The notes: generated by a model from the letters alone, not told the origin. DNA of 63,965 nt, filler included, from Octopus bimaculoides (GCF_001194135.2; 5 parts of 4 records of this genome joined end to end with filler, not necessarily neighbours in it), one strand, 5' to 3'; positions 13,679 through 26,440 are shown, numbered from the whole stretch's first letter. Numbers and translations: made by a program.

Positions 13679-14747
13679 TGATATTATGTTTACCATCCCA
13701 AAACAGGAACACTACGTCTAAAGAGCTTGCACACAGGTTCCATCAATCAAATTCACCCACAAAGTTTGGAGGGATCTGATGCCATGGTAGGAGACACTTT
13801 GTCATCATCATTGTCGTTGTTGCCTTCATCATCGTCGTCATTGTCATCGTCATTGTCATCGTTATCATCATCATCATTTAGTATCTGTTTCATTTAGTAT
13901 CTGTTTTCCATACCAGCATGAAACCTGGTAAGCTGGAGAGCTGCGCCAGGCTCCAGTCTGTTTTGGCTTGATGTCTATAGTTGAATGCCCTTCCTAACAC
14001 CAACCACCCAACAGAACACACTGGGTGTCTTTAATGAGTCATCAGTATAGGTGCCTTTTATGTGTCACCATCATCGGTCTCCTTTTACATGTCACAGCAA
14101 GTGTGCCTTTCATGTATCACCGGCACTGGCCATGACAACAATTTCACTTAGCTTGAAGTGTCTTCTCAAGCACAGCAAATCACCAAAAGTCTTGGTCACT
14201 TGTCATCACTTGTCATCAATTCCATGAGACTCAACATCCAAAGATCATATTTCACCAATTTGTCCCACATCTTCTTGGGTCTACCTCTTGCAAAGGTTCC
14301 CCCTGCAGTTAGAGATTGGCCAGGATTTGTCCTGAAACTCTGTAGCTGCAAAGCAGAATTCTTAACCACATCATGATACCTGAGTAATTCTATAAGTCGG
14401 ATCCTGCTTCTAAAAAGAATTTTTGATAAGAAAAATGACCAACCAATGTATTTGAGTTACATGAATATTTTTGACTAGTTGCTGCCAAAACGTACATTAT
14501 TAGTTAGTTAGTTGGTAGTCTATCGATACAGATATCGATATACTGGCAACAGACTAGTGACAGGCTGGCAATATGATGTTCTAAAGAATGCTAATTGTAA
14601 AACGTCAGCTGGCTGACTGCCAGGGTAAAAAAATCAGAGTAAAAAAAACAACAAAAAAGAATGAAAAATAAAAATGATATTCAAGTGGTTTCCCATTGTC
14701 TAAGACATAGTTCATGTGTGTCAAGTTGTTATTTCTTTGTGAATATG

Positions 14748-14962
14748 TTGATGATGATGATGATGATAATGATGATGGTGGTAGTGATGACGCCGACGCC
14801 GACGATGACGACGACAACGATGATGATGGTGATGATGGTGATGATGATGGTGATCATCATCATCACTGTTGTCATCATCTGTCTTCAAATCATGTTTATT
14901 CTCCAGATCAATGTCAATATAATATTCAAGTTCATGAACACTCTGATCACCGTTGTCATTGT

Positions 14963-15002
<40 letters not shown>

Positions 15003-15298
15003 GTTGTTGCCATCTTCCTCTACCTCCTCCTTGTCATCCTCCTCTTCGTCTACCTCCTCATCGTCATCCTCCTCATCGTCTTTGTCACCACCACCACCAA
15101 TACCACCATCACCAACACCACCACAACCACTATTATCATCATCATCATCACCATCATCATCTTTGTCATTATCATCATCATCATCACCATCATCGTTGTC
15201 ATCATAATTGTCATCATCATCGTCGTCGTCGTTGTTGGAGTCATCATTATCATCATCATCATCATCATCATTGTCGTCGTCATTGTCATCGTTATCAA

Positions 15299-15335
<37 letters not shown>

Positions 15336-15340
15336 GTTGC
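14748..15340 (+). repeat. (GAT)n switching to (CAT)n compound microsatellite
   Basis: Direct reading. Confidence 0.95.
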
Positions 15341-16146
15341 TGTCTCCATAGCCAAATCTTTCTCAGTATAACACATTGTTCGTATCTGACTGCTGCACAA
15401 TATTGATTTCTAGTCTGTTCCTAACTTACACTGCCAATGTCATTTTACTGATATTCGTTGGACATATTTTAACCTCGGCTGGTAATTAGTATTTTAATCA
15501 TGATTCTGACTACGTTTTTTGTTCTTATTCTTCGGCCCTTCTGACTGTATCTGAGACCTTTGAATATATCTCAGACAGTCAAATATAATAAACCTTATTG
15601 CTTACACCCCAGACAGTTTAACACAACCCACAGAATTTATCTTTCATATTTTTTTCATCTTTTACTTGTTTCAGTCATTAGATTGCAGCCATGCAGGGGC
15701 TCCACCTGGAAGAAATTTTAGTCAAATGAATTGAACCCAGTACTTATTTTTTATTTTAAAGCCTTATTACTTATTCAAGTTGTGGTGATGTAAATGAACC
15801 GACACTGGTTATCAAGCAGTGTTGGGGTCAAACACAAACATAAAGACTCACACACATAGATATATACATATATACATGCATACATACATATATATACTTA
15901 AATACATACATAAATATATATATATGTATACATACATATGTGACTGCATGTGTATTGTTGGTGATTTTCTTTCTCCGTCTTCGCTTCTTTGGACTTTTCC
16001 TATATTTCTGATGAAGAGCTCTGTTTGAAACGTGAAATCCTCTTTCTCTTCTTTCCTTTCCTGAGCATCCAATAACACTGTACTTATTCCACGTCCTTGT
16101 GTTGTTGTTTTTTCTTGCTTCTTCATGTTTGGATTGACTACATACA

Positions 16147-16177
<31 letters not shown>

Positions 16178-16182
16178 GTATA

Positions 16183-16975
16183 CAGGGTGCAGTGGATAAA
16201 TTGTCTAAATTACGCAAAAATGAAAATAACACTGACATCTCATTTTAGAAGATATATCTACCAAAATTACATAAAAATATCTTGAAATACTAGAGTAAAT
16301 TTATTCAATAATATCACCACTGGCTTCAACCATGGCCTCTAGACAACTTTGGAATCTCCTGCAACTCTTCTGAATGGTCTCCTTGTTTAAATTGGTGAAT
16401 GCTGCCATAATCCTTGCCTTCAGTTTATCTTTTGAGTTTGTTCAAAAGCTTCGTAACATGGTCTTTCCTCTTGTCCTTGATGACTTGGGATAAGCATTGG
16501 CCCTTTCTCATCTTGTATGAGCAATACCAAATATCTTCATGCACCACCTGCCTGATAAGAAACTCAGACACTCCCATGTTCCTGGCGATGGACCTGATTG
16601 ACTTGGAGGGATCATTGTCAATCATGGCCTNNNNNNNNNNCATGTTCCTGGCGATGGACCTGATTGACTTGGAGGGATCATTGTCAATCATGGCCTGGAT
16701 CTCACCAACAAATTCATGAGTTCTTTTCTTATCAGAATGATCAGAGAGAGTTTTCTGAGCTGCCGTACCTTTGTAATCACCATTAGACTCATCCAACTCT
16801 TTCTGAATCCTCTACACTGTCCTCTCCATGTGAGCACTGTATATATTTGACTGAGACCCTGCGACTCATTGCTTTCACTCACAACAATAAAAAATGTGTT
16901 GATGTTAAATGATGTCTCCTTTCCGTATTGCATCCTTCACTTAAAAATTAATGGTAACATCTTATTTACACTCAA
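16183..16975 (-). mobile_element. Internally deleted Tc1/mariner-superfamily element
   Basis: Terminus TA|CAGGGTG at 16181-16189. Minus-strand N-terminal HTH (PSKSIRSIARNMGVSEFLIRQVVHEDI) is joined directly to the C-terminus (TIQKSCRRFQSCLEAMVEASGD); the catalytic domain is missing. Confidence 0.8.
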
Positions 16976-17140
16976 CCACTAAAAATTAAAGACAAAGTTG
17001 TCCTGTTGGAATTTGAATTCAGAATGTAAAGGTGGACGGAATGCCACTTAGAATTTTGCCTATAGTGCTAATGACTCTGCCAGCTCACCACATTAACTGT
17101 ACCCAAAGTCTGTATCTATCTCCATCTGTTTACATCAAGC

Positions 17141-17451
17141 ATGATACATAAATGGCTTCTCTGCTCATGTCACCATGTCAGTACCGATCAAACAGAGCTA
17201 GGACAAAAAGCATTTCTTGTGGTAACCATCCTATCTCTTATTCAGGCATAGTACATACAAAATTACACTATCAGGTATGTTATTGTCTTCTTAAAGTAGA
17301 TTTTAGTTGTTCTTACTAGTTTAAAGAGGGACAATTTCAATCAGAAACATTTGTTTTTTAGTCAGAGGAATAAGTGCAGCATCCACAAGTTTTCTTGTGC
17401 TTCCGATACTGATAGGAGAAAGGTGAAATTCCTCAGTGGTGTTAAATCAAG
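17141..17451 (+). repeat. Copy 2 of the ~310-bp local direct duplication
   Basis: See 13369-13678. Confidence 0.95.
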
Positions 17452-17463
17452 AGACGTTACATG

Positions 17464-17499
<36 letters not shown>

Positions 17500-17503
<4 letters not shown>

Positions 17504-18400
17504 ATTCAATACTGTTGACTTTAGCTTATACAGGTGAAAATATTTCAAACTATTGATTGTATCTCAATCTATTGATTGTAATACACAGTACTGAGTGTGG
17601 TCCACTCTATTGACCACCCTGCACTATCAATTATAGTCCTCTCCTCATTGACTGTAATTTATATAATTGAATGTAGCATAAAATTTTGATTTTACTTCTG
17701 ACAATATTTCACATGACTGATAGTAGTCCACAGTGTTGACTGTAGCCCACACTATTGTCATTATCCCATGCTATTTACAGGATTTGAAATGATTGACTTT
17801 ATATCACACTATTGGCTGTATCAAATGTCATTGACTATCGAATGTCATTGACTGTATCAAATGTTATTTACTATCGATCGATTGTCATTGACTGTATCAA
17901 ATGTCATTGACTGTATCAAATGTCATTGACTATCGAATGTCATTGACTGTATCCTACACTATTGAATATATTCCACATTATTGAAAGTGTACTACACTAT
18001 ATAGACCAGTGGTTCCTGAAGTGGGTGGTATTGCCCCATCACCCTTAGGGATGGTGGAAAGGTCCAGGGGTTGTGAAGAAAAGTGAGGTGATAATGGAGT
18101 GGCCAAAAACATGGTTGTAAAAACATTAAAATAATAGATTAATTAAGTTAAGTTTTATTTGTGAAATACTGATGTTTGGAATTTGCTGCAGAAAATGGTC
18201 AACTTCTGTGGTGGTAAGTGAGTGAAGTGGAGGGTTGCTCAAAATGTACCCTGGATGCCAAGGGCTGGCAGCCTGAAAATGTTTGGAAGCTACTGCAATA
18301 GACTGCATCCCATATCATTGACAATATCCCACAACGTTGGCTGTATCCTCCAATATTGATTGTAAACCATTCTACTGACTGTAGGCCATGCAAGTAACTA
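17500..18400 (+). repeat. Decayed 17-20-bp minisatellite (ATTGACTGTATCAAATGTC / ATTGACTATCGAATGTC)
   Basis: Near-perfect units at ~17810-17960 with degenerate units on both sides; split by the MITE at 18007-18295. Confidence 0.75.
18007..18295. mobile_element. hAT-type MITE
   Basis: Termini CAGTGGTTCC... and ...GAAGCTACTG; flanking 8-mers ATATAGAC and CAATAGAC. Confidence 0.6.
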
Positions 18401-18934
18401 ATATCTTTCACAGTTCTTCAGATAATCAGCATAGCCACACTTTACAACCACTTTGATCATTTCTATTGAATTGTTTACCAGTTATAAAGTGGGAAATGGA
18501 ATTATGAATCAATTGTCCATCCATATTTACTGTTTGATTATATCCAATAACTGAGTAGATGATCAATTCTATTAAATTTAGGGAAAGTTAATATTTGCTT
18601 TTGTCTTATTCATGTAATAAGGTTAATTAAGTGAAGCAGTTCATAGCTGGAAACTAAACTTGGCTGTTAATTCTGGAAGCTGTCCAAGTGTTTGTCTTTA
18701 CTATATAAAACTCACTAATATATACAGGTCTATGCAGGAAAAGGGGGCCAGCTGGCACGAACCTATGATTCTGAGAAGGCTTTTTCCCCTGCCCCTGTCA
18801 GATGCAAAAGCAAATCCTTTGGTAAAGAATTCTCTCTTTTCTTTTTTTTATAAATCATCTTTGTGTTTTTTTATTGTTATGTTACTCATTAGTACATCAT
18901 GTATAATACATATACATGTATATATCCTGTAACC

Positions 18935-19497
18935 CAGTGATCTCCAACCTTTTTTTATACCACAGACCAGCTTCATGTCAGACAATCTTTCCATGAACCG
19001 GTTGTGGCATATATGTGTAATTTAAGTGCCTTTTGATAAAGAGAGCAATTTATTAAAAGGAAGAAAAAGTGTATAATCTTTTGACTCTCGTGTACCAAAA
19101 TTCTTTAAAATCTGAAATTTAGTAGCGTTTAGAAAATCAGTTGAAAATTATAACAAATAAGTAGAAAATTATAACAAATAAGTAGAAAATTATAACAAAT
19201 AAGTAGAAAATTATAACAAATAAGTAGAAAATATGCATGGATTGTAAAATGTGCTTACAGTTATATGATAGATAGTAAAGGTAGACATAAAATATGCATT
19301 AATTATAAAATGTACTTCCGGTTATGATAGATAGTATTGAGTAGATGAATATTGAATACTGAAACAAATCTTTTAAAGTCTAATATTCAATTTATCTATT
19401 ATATAATCTTAAACAAGTTAATCATTTCTATGTGGCCCAGTAACAAATGACCCACGGACTCGGTACTGGTCTGCGGCCTGGTGGTCGAGGACCTCCG
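18935..19497. mobile_element. hAT-type MITE with exact 8-bp TSD
   Basis: CTGTAACC at 18927-18934 and 19498-19505; begins CAGTGATCTCCAACC. Confidence 0.7.
19143..19230 (+). repeat. 21-bp tandem repeat x4 (AGAAAATTATAACAAATAAGT) inside a hAT MITE
   Basis: Direct reading. Confidence 0.9.
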
Positions 19498-19814
19498 CTG
19501 TAACCCATAAATAAATTATAGGTACTTAGCACTGATTATTACGATATTTAATGAGAAGTTTGAAATGTACTTACATTTCAAACCTTACCTAAAGTATTAC
19601 CAGTTCAAATAGTGCCTGTATTTCATATTTGACCAGGGCCTGTTACAGGCTGAACTGTATGACAGTAAGGCTAAAAATCCCCACAAACAGCTGGCTTTGG
19701 TACAGTGTTTCTCATCCTATTTTCTCACAGGCTCCACAATCATTTTTCAGAAAAATGTATGCACCACTGGTGGTAGGGAAAAAACAACTTTGTTTTTAAT
19801 ATTTTATCACAAAA

Positions 19815-20005
19815 TGTGGTGAGCTGGCAGAAGCGTTAGCATGCCGGGAAAAATGCTTAGCGGAATTTCGTCTGTCTTTACGTTCTGAGTTCAAATTCTG
19901 CCGAGGTCAACTTTGCTTTTCATCCTTTCAGAGTCGATAAATTAAATACCAGTTGTGTACTGGGATCGATCTAATTGATTAGTCCCCTCCTCCAAAATTT
20001 CAGAA
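19815..20005 (+). mobile_element. SINE family A copy
   Basis: Matches family A. Confidence 0.8.
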
Positions 20006-20163
20006 TAGAAAAGAATATTTTATCGCAATTTTATTACATAAGGAAAAAACATCACATAATTATAAAGCAAAAAAATGCCCTGAGTGATTCTCTCCTCTTG
20101 GGAGAAATTTCTCCCTCCCTTCTATTTCTTAACAAACTCTCTTTCTCTCTGCTTCTTACTCAG

Positions 20164-20248
20164 AAAGCAACTGTAGATGGCAACACCAACAGTCGGCAGT
20201 CAAATTTCACACCTTTATCACAATTATTTACTACAAAAGAATCTACAG
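20164..20248 (+). CDS. Candidate internal exon, product unknown
   Basis: Long polypyrimidine tract plus cag, donor AG/gtaact; two open frames. Confidence 0.25.
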
Positions 20249-21408
20249 GTAACTCTTTTATGAAGTACTGAGTGCAACAACAAAAAGTACATTATTGATT
20301 AAGAAAAAATGCAAATCACTTTAATTAAAACCTTGTGCCTGGTGATTACAGTACCATGCCCCACCACAATTTTCTTAGGCCCCACTGGTGAGGCATATGC
20401 CCCAGGTTGGGAATCACTGAACTAGATGAATATATCACATTAAATATCTTGACCACTTAGTAATGGGAGTTTACTGTTAAGTTACTTTTAAACCATGCAC
20501 AAATCCTTGATTAGAGAAATGTGGTACAGTTGGCTATTCAGCACTCAACGTTTTACTAATCCTAATTTATTCCTAAATGCCGTTCATATCTCATCCTACC
20601 ATATTATGAGACTTAATGAAATATAGTCATATACTAAAAGACAGGATCAGATTGGCTGGAATGTTTTTGTTCATAGGTCTACTTTATATGTATATATATA
20701 TATATATATATNNNNNNNNNNNNNNNNNNNNNNNNNNNNNNNNNNNNNNNNNNNNNNNNNNNNNNNNNNNNNNNNNNNNNNNNNNNNNNNNNNNNNNNNN
20801 NNNNNNNNNNNNNNNNNNNNNNNNNNNNNNNNNNNNNNNNNNNNNNNNNNNNNNNNNNNNNNNNNNNNNNNNNNNNNNNNNNNNNNNNNNNNNNNNNNNN
20901 CAGAAAGAATACGGAGAAAACCAGGAGAAAAATATGGAGAAAAAAAATTGAATGTTTAGGTCAGCGATCTATCATGGTGACTATATATATATCATCATCA
21001 TTATAATCGTTTAACATCCGCTTTCCATGCTAGCATGGGTTGGACAATTTGACTGGAGACTGGCAAACCAGATGGCTACACCAGACTCCAATCTGATCTG
21101 GCAGAGTTTCTACAGCTGAATGCCCTTCCTAATGCCAACCACTCTGAGAGTGTAATGGGTGCTTTTTATGTGCCACCGGCACAAGGGCCAGTCTGGCGGT
21201 ACTGGCAAAAGCCACGCTCAAATGCTGTTTTTTACATGCTACCTGCACAGGAGTCAGTCCAATGTTTTGTTTTGTTCACATGCCACCAGCACAAGTGCCA
21301 GTAAGGCGAAGCTGGAAACGATTGCTCTCAAATGATGCTTTTTACGTGCCACTGGCATGTGTGTGTGTGTTTGCGTGTGTGTGTGTGCATACATACATAC
21401 ATACATGT

Positions 21409-21452
<44 letters not shown>

Positions 21453-22313
21453 TGGACTATCTTGTTAGGCAAAGTATGAGGGTTCTGCAATTTCTTGCTG
21501 AACAACCACACAGAAGATTTGTTTATAGTGATCAAATGTTTGTGTTCACATAAGCTCATTCCTTCCATCAAATTGACACTACCTGTACAGGTGCACAATC
21601 TGCCTCAAGTCAGGTGGCGAACTGATTGCAAAGTAATGTTAGATGAAGTGTTCAGCTCAAGAACACAACACAGTGCCCAGTCTGGGAATTGAAACTACAG
21701 ACAAGCAATCGTGGGCACAACACCCTAACCACTAAGCCATGTGCCTTCACACACACACACACACACACAATTAGGTGTGTGTATGTATGTGAGTATGCAC
21801 CTGCATGTTAATTGCAGTCACCCCAAGACCAACATTTATGTAGCAGCATTTGTCAAACTGGGCAATTAAATAGACCCACTTATCATCACAGCTACCCATT
21901 AGCTCCGCTTACACTTTTTCTGCAAAATAGGGATATCTTGTCCTGTTCAGGCTATATTATTAGCATTTTCCTGCGTTTGAGAATTTAAAATCCATTCTTT
22001 AACTTTCTAAGACATCTCAACGCTTCTAAAAGCAAATTTAGTTTGTTTGTTTACGTTTATCGTAATTTGAATTTATTATATAGTGTTTTGTGCTTGGAGT
22101 AAAACTCCATACTTAATCATGTGAACTCCAGCATGGTCGGATGGCATAGATTCCTACCTCTTTGGAACTTGTACCACCAACCATCTTCATCTGAAGATTA
22201 CTCCCTCCTTCAGGTATGAGTTTCTGAGTAATAAGATATGAAGTTGTCTGAACTAATACACACAATAAATTTACTTTGTCCCACAAACTGAACTCTTTAC
22301 AATTTGTCCATAA

Positions 22314-22355
<42 letters not shown>

Positions 22356-22574
22356 GTGAGAGTGTCAGAGGATGTATGTGCTGTTATTCTTAGTCTAACA
22401 AATTCATTATCTTTCTTCATAAGAATATTTTAAAATTCTTCCTTATCATGCTAATGAAGCATTTTTAGTGAGTAATCTTCTTCCTTGTTTCTCTCTCCCA
22501 CTCTGTTTTATGTAAGTCCTTCCTCAACACTATATATACATAGATAAAGAGAGAAAGATATGCATACATACATA

Positions 22575-22622
22575 TATATACTTATATGTATATATATATA
22601 TATATGAATATATATATGTATA

Positions 22623-22710
<88 letters not shown>

Positions 22711-22770
22711 TATATATATATATGTATATATACCTATATGTATATGCATATATATATATATGTGTGAGTC
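22575..22770. repeat. (TA)n microsatellite
   Basis: Direct reading. Confidence 0.95.
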
Positions 22771-23285
22771 TGTCTGTGTGTGTTTGTATGCATTGCACAT
22801 TTTACTGTCACTAAAATGTGTATCTAAAGATAAATGTTTATTTCAAGCTGAACTGCACAACACATATTCTATTTTCTCTACTTAGAATTGGTGAGTAATG
22901 TTCATAAAAGAAATAAGACAATATTTTCTATTCTTTAAAAAAAGAAATAGTTTTACATGAGTAGCTTCCTTCTAGCTGAAGTGGGATGGTCTCCTCACTT
23001 CAAGAAAATTATATTTTTTTAACAACAGAGATGAATACAGGTATATGAAATAACATGCAACATAAATTCTTGATTTATAAAATTTTTTTCTGCCTCTAGA
23101 TGATATATCATAGTTACCAAATGGCATCATCAGCTTGACAATGTTCTTAATCTATCACCAGCGTCCAAGAGACTTAGACTTATGCATGAAGAGTTGAACA
23201 CATTTATGGTCTAGGTAATTTGCATAATTTAAACAAGCATGAGCTAAGAAAAATAACTCAGAAGTGCTAGTGGCATGTACTTGGT

Positions 23286-23791
23286 TGTTGTTGGCACTCA
23301 TTCGCTTACGACGTCGAGAGTTCCAGTTGATCCGATCAACAGAACAACCTGCTCGTGAAATTAACGTGCAAGTGGCTGAGCACTCCACAGACACGTGTAC
23401 CCTTAACGTAGTTCTCGAGGATATTCAGCGTGACACAGAGTGTGACAAGGCTGACCCTTTGAATTACAGGTACAACAGAAACAGGAAGAAAGAGTGAGAG
23501 AAGGTTGTGGTGGAAGAGTACAGCCGGGTTCGCCACCATCCCCTGCCGGAGCCTCGTGGAGCTTTAGGTGTTTTCACTCAATAAACACTCGCAATGCCCG
23601 GTCTGGGAATTGAAATCGCGATCCTATGACCGCGAGTCCACTGTGGAGTGCTCAGCCACTTGCACGTTAATTTTACGAGCAGGCTGTTCCGTTGATCAGA
23701 TCAACTGGAACCCNNNNNNNNNNAGCAGGCTGTTCCGTTGATCAGATCAACTGGAACCCTCGACGTCGTAAGCGACGGAGTGCCAACAACA
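23286..23791 (-). mobile_element. SINE (family F) lacking the start of its tRNA head and capped by an inverted copy of its tail
   Basis: 23286-23390 is the reverse complement of 23641-23791, apart from a 36-bp gap-overlap duplicate. B-box remnant at ~23607-23618. Confidence 0.75.
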
Positions 23792-25310
23792 TACTGTTCA
23801 GTATTTACATGTTGAAAAAATTCATCTTTCTACTTGTTCTATAACCATAAGATTAAAACTCCAGTAACTTAAACACTGGAATAATAATTTTCATGATTTC
23901 AGCCCAGGCCTGTGGATGGGTGGAATCTGTAGAATGACAGACAAAGGGTGGCAGACAAAATCCTTTGTAGTATTCAGTTGTACCTCTGTACTGGTACCTG
24001 TACTGGAGCTGGTGTGCTAACTGCTATTTCTAGCATCAGAGGTTGTACACAGAAAATGTTGTACATAGAAAAAGATGATGAGATCTGTTGAGATTTTTAC
24101 AAACTAACTTTTATTCTTTTCGTACACAAGCAAAAGACAAATACTGTTGTTATTATAACTGACAAACATTGAGAGAGTCTGGATGTTATTGTTCTTGGTG
24201 TAGTTGTAATAGAAATCAAAAAAGTTAACTGCTAGACATTGTGTTGCTGTCACTAGTTGTTCATTATGTTGATGTCAGCTCAGCAACAGCTGCCCACATC
24301 TGTTTGCTGATTGTCTGTTGTTTTGTTTTGTCTCTGTTGTTTTGTCTGCTGTCTCTGTTGCATTCCAAAGCTTTCTGACTGGTAGTCATGGTGTGTTAAT
24401 TTTATACTGACTGATGGGCTCAGAAAGGAGTGTGCCAAAAGTTGAAATTATCACTGGAGTCTATTCCACACAAAGTCATGATTGATCAGATTTTGTTGAT
24501 CATATGGACAATATTCTAGCAAATTGCAACGTTAGATGATGGCTGAATGTTCCCTTACACCTCTTTACGTTCCAAGTTCAAAACCTACAGAAGTCGACTT
24601 TGAACTACATCCTTCTGTGGCTGATAAATAAATACCATTCAAGTACAGATGATCAATTCAATGAACTATATCCTTTCATAAAACTGAAGCTGTGTGTTTG
24701 TGATAAAAATCTTGATTTTAATTAACTAACTAACTAATTAATTTATTAATTAATTAATTAATTAATCTAGTTCCAGTTTCATTTATGGATCCAGCATTAA
24801 CAAGGATCCAGCATTAATAAGGAGGACAATATATTTATAGGAATATAGTAATGTGGTTGCATAACATTAACATTAATGCTTTTTTGACTGACTTTAACAG
24901 GGGAAAATGAAGAATGAGATAAACTAGCTATGCTATGGTTTCTTTTAATTTGAAACTTTTCGCATCTACAATTTGGATCTATTGGCCTGCTCCAGCAGTA
25001 TTAACAGCCCAGAACTAATTTTGTCAGAGGTTAGAATAGAATTATAATTTTTTTGGACTGTTAATATCATCTTTAGAGTCAAAGCGCTTTTTTAATATTT
25101 ACATTTACATCATTTATCAGTTACTTTGGTATCTGATTGTCATCAGGTGTCTTATTCCTGGATGTATACAGGGTGGGCCAAAAGTCATGCAGGAAATAAG
25201 TTCAGTATGCTCTGCAATTGTCAAAGACATGCTTCAATTTCTCTAAAATTGTATAAAAAAAAAAATAATGATGTATACACACGTACTTGTACATGATGAA
25301 CAAAATGAAT

Positions 25311-25365
<55 letters not shown>

Positions 25366-25384
25366 GACAAATACATAACAAAAA

Positions 25385-25465
25385 CACCAAGACTTACAAA
25401 TATATATAACATACAAAAAATTGCACTACTGGGCACTGCACACATCCTACGCAAAACACTTTCAA
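25385..25465 (+). mobile_element. Extreme 3' end of an R4/Dong-type LINE
   Basis: IQKIALLGTAHILRKTLSIQ*, a typical R4/Dong C-terminus. Confidence 0.7.
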
Positions 25466-25819
25466 TACAGTAGCCATAAGAGCATCACAGCATACCACAG
25501 CACATACCCAAGGCACACAGAGCTGCGCTCGGTAGTGGAGTGAAAGCATGCTATAAAAATAAAACTACTGANNNNNNNNNNNNNNNNNNNNNNNNNNNNN
25601 NNNNNNNNNNNNNNNNNNNNNNNNNNNNNNNNNNNNNNNNNNNNNNNNNNNNNNNNNNNNNNNNNNNNNNNNNNNNNNNNNNNNNNNNNNNGATGGAATG
25701 ACATCATCAGTTTTTAAGTTACAATTTTATAACAGGCAAAAAGAAAGAGACGGAAAAAATAGAAAAAAGTAGACGACAGAAAAAAAAGGAAAGAAAAAGA
25801 GAGAAAGAAGAATATTTAA

Positions 25820-26250
25820 TCAAACAGTTTTGTATAAATTTGATGATATTCTCCTGTCATCTTGTTCATTTCTCCAGGGCGTGATGTTAATAACCTGCAA
25901 ACATATTTCTCCTCATACATTCTGAGAAGTGAAAGTGGGGCAGATTCAGAATATTTTCTGAGAATAAGCACTTTCAAGTCTTCTTCACTTCAAAATTGCA
26001 GCCGCTTGAAACAAAATGTTCAGCAAGTTCTGTCGAGCTACTGTTATTGTGCCTGACATCGAATCTGTGCCCATTAAATCTTTTGTTTAATTGTTCTGTT
26101 GTACAAACAACCTAAATTAAGTTGTGTTTCATGCATTCTGCAGCGTACACCAAATGGGAAGCTTTACATGTTCCACCTGTATGAATCATAACATTTCTGT
26201 TATGATTTCTGATGGAATTCACTTCACTATGAACGGGTCTTACCTCTCTT
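25820..26250 (-). mobile_element. Penelope-like element GIY-YIG endonuclease remnant
   Basis: TCKASHLVYAAECMKHNLI*VVCTTEQLNKRFNGHRFDV...ELAEHF. Confidence 0.75.
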
Positions 26251-26440
26251 GCGGCTGTTCATTAAGGTACAGCGTGCAGATACTCCAATGTTCGTTTTCT
26301 TGGAGTCAGATATAGAAGTCAATAATTCTCTTATATTCTTACTCCGTCTAAATAATGCATCTTAAAGAACAGCCACAAGAGAGGTAAGCCCTGTTCATTG
26401 TGTAACAATTTTTCAAAATAAAACAAAACTAACAGTAACC

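Noticed and set aside
14661-15406. Long His-, Ile- or Asp-rich ORFs (also 2016-2671, 10390-11169, 28145-28678, 57900-58540)
   Set aside because: Translations of tri- and tetranucleotide microsatellites, open in several frames on both strands.
16575-16696. Perfect 56-bp tandem duplication in the mariner-like element
   Set aside because: The identical copies flank a 10-N gap, so this is unmerged contig overlap.
17810-19230. CRISPR-like arrays
   Set aside because: The repeats are contiguous tandem units without unique spacers, there are no cas genes, and the context is eukaryotic.
23678-23759. Perfect 36-bp tandem duplication
   Set aside because: Flanks a 10-N gap; contig overlap artefact.
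25105-25151. Hammerhead-like GACAC-CTGATGA on the minus strand near the PLE fragment
   Set aside because: No GAAAC core and no stem I partner; at most a badly decayed copy.
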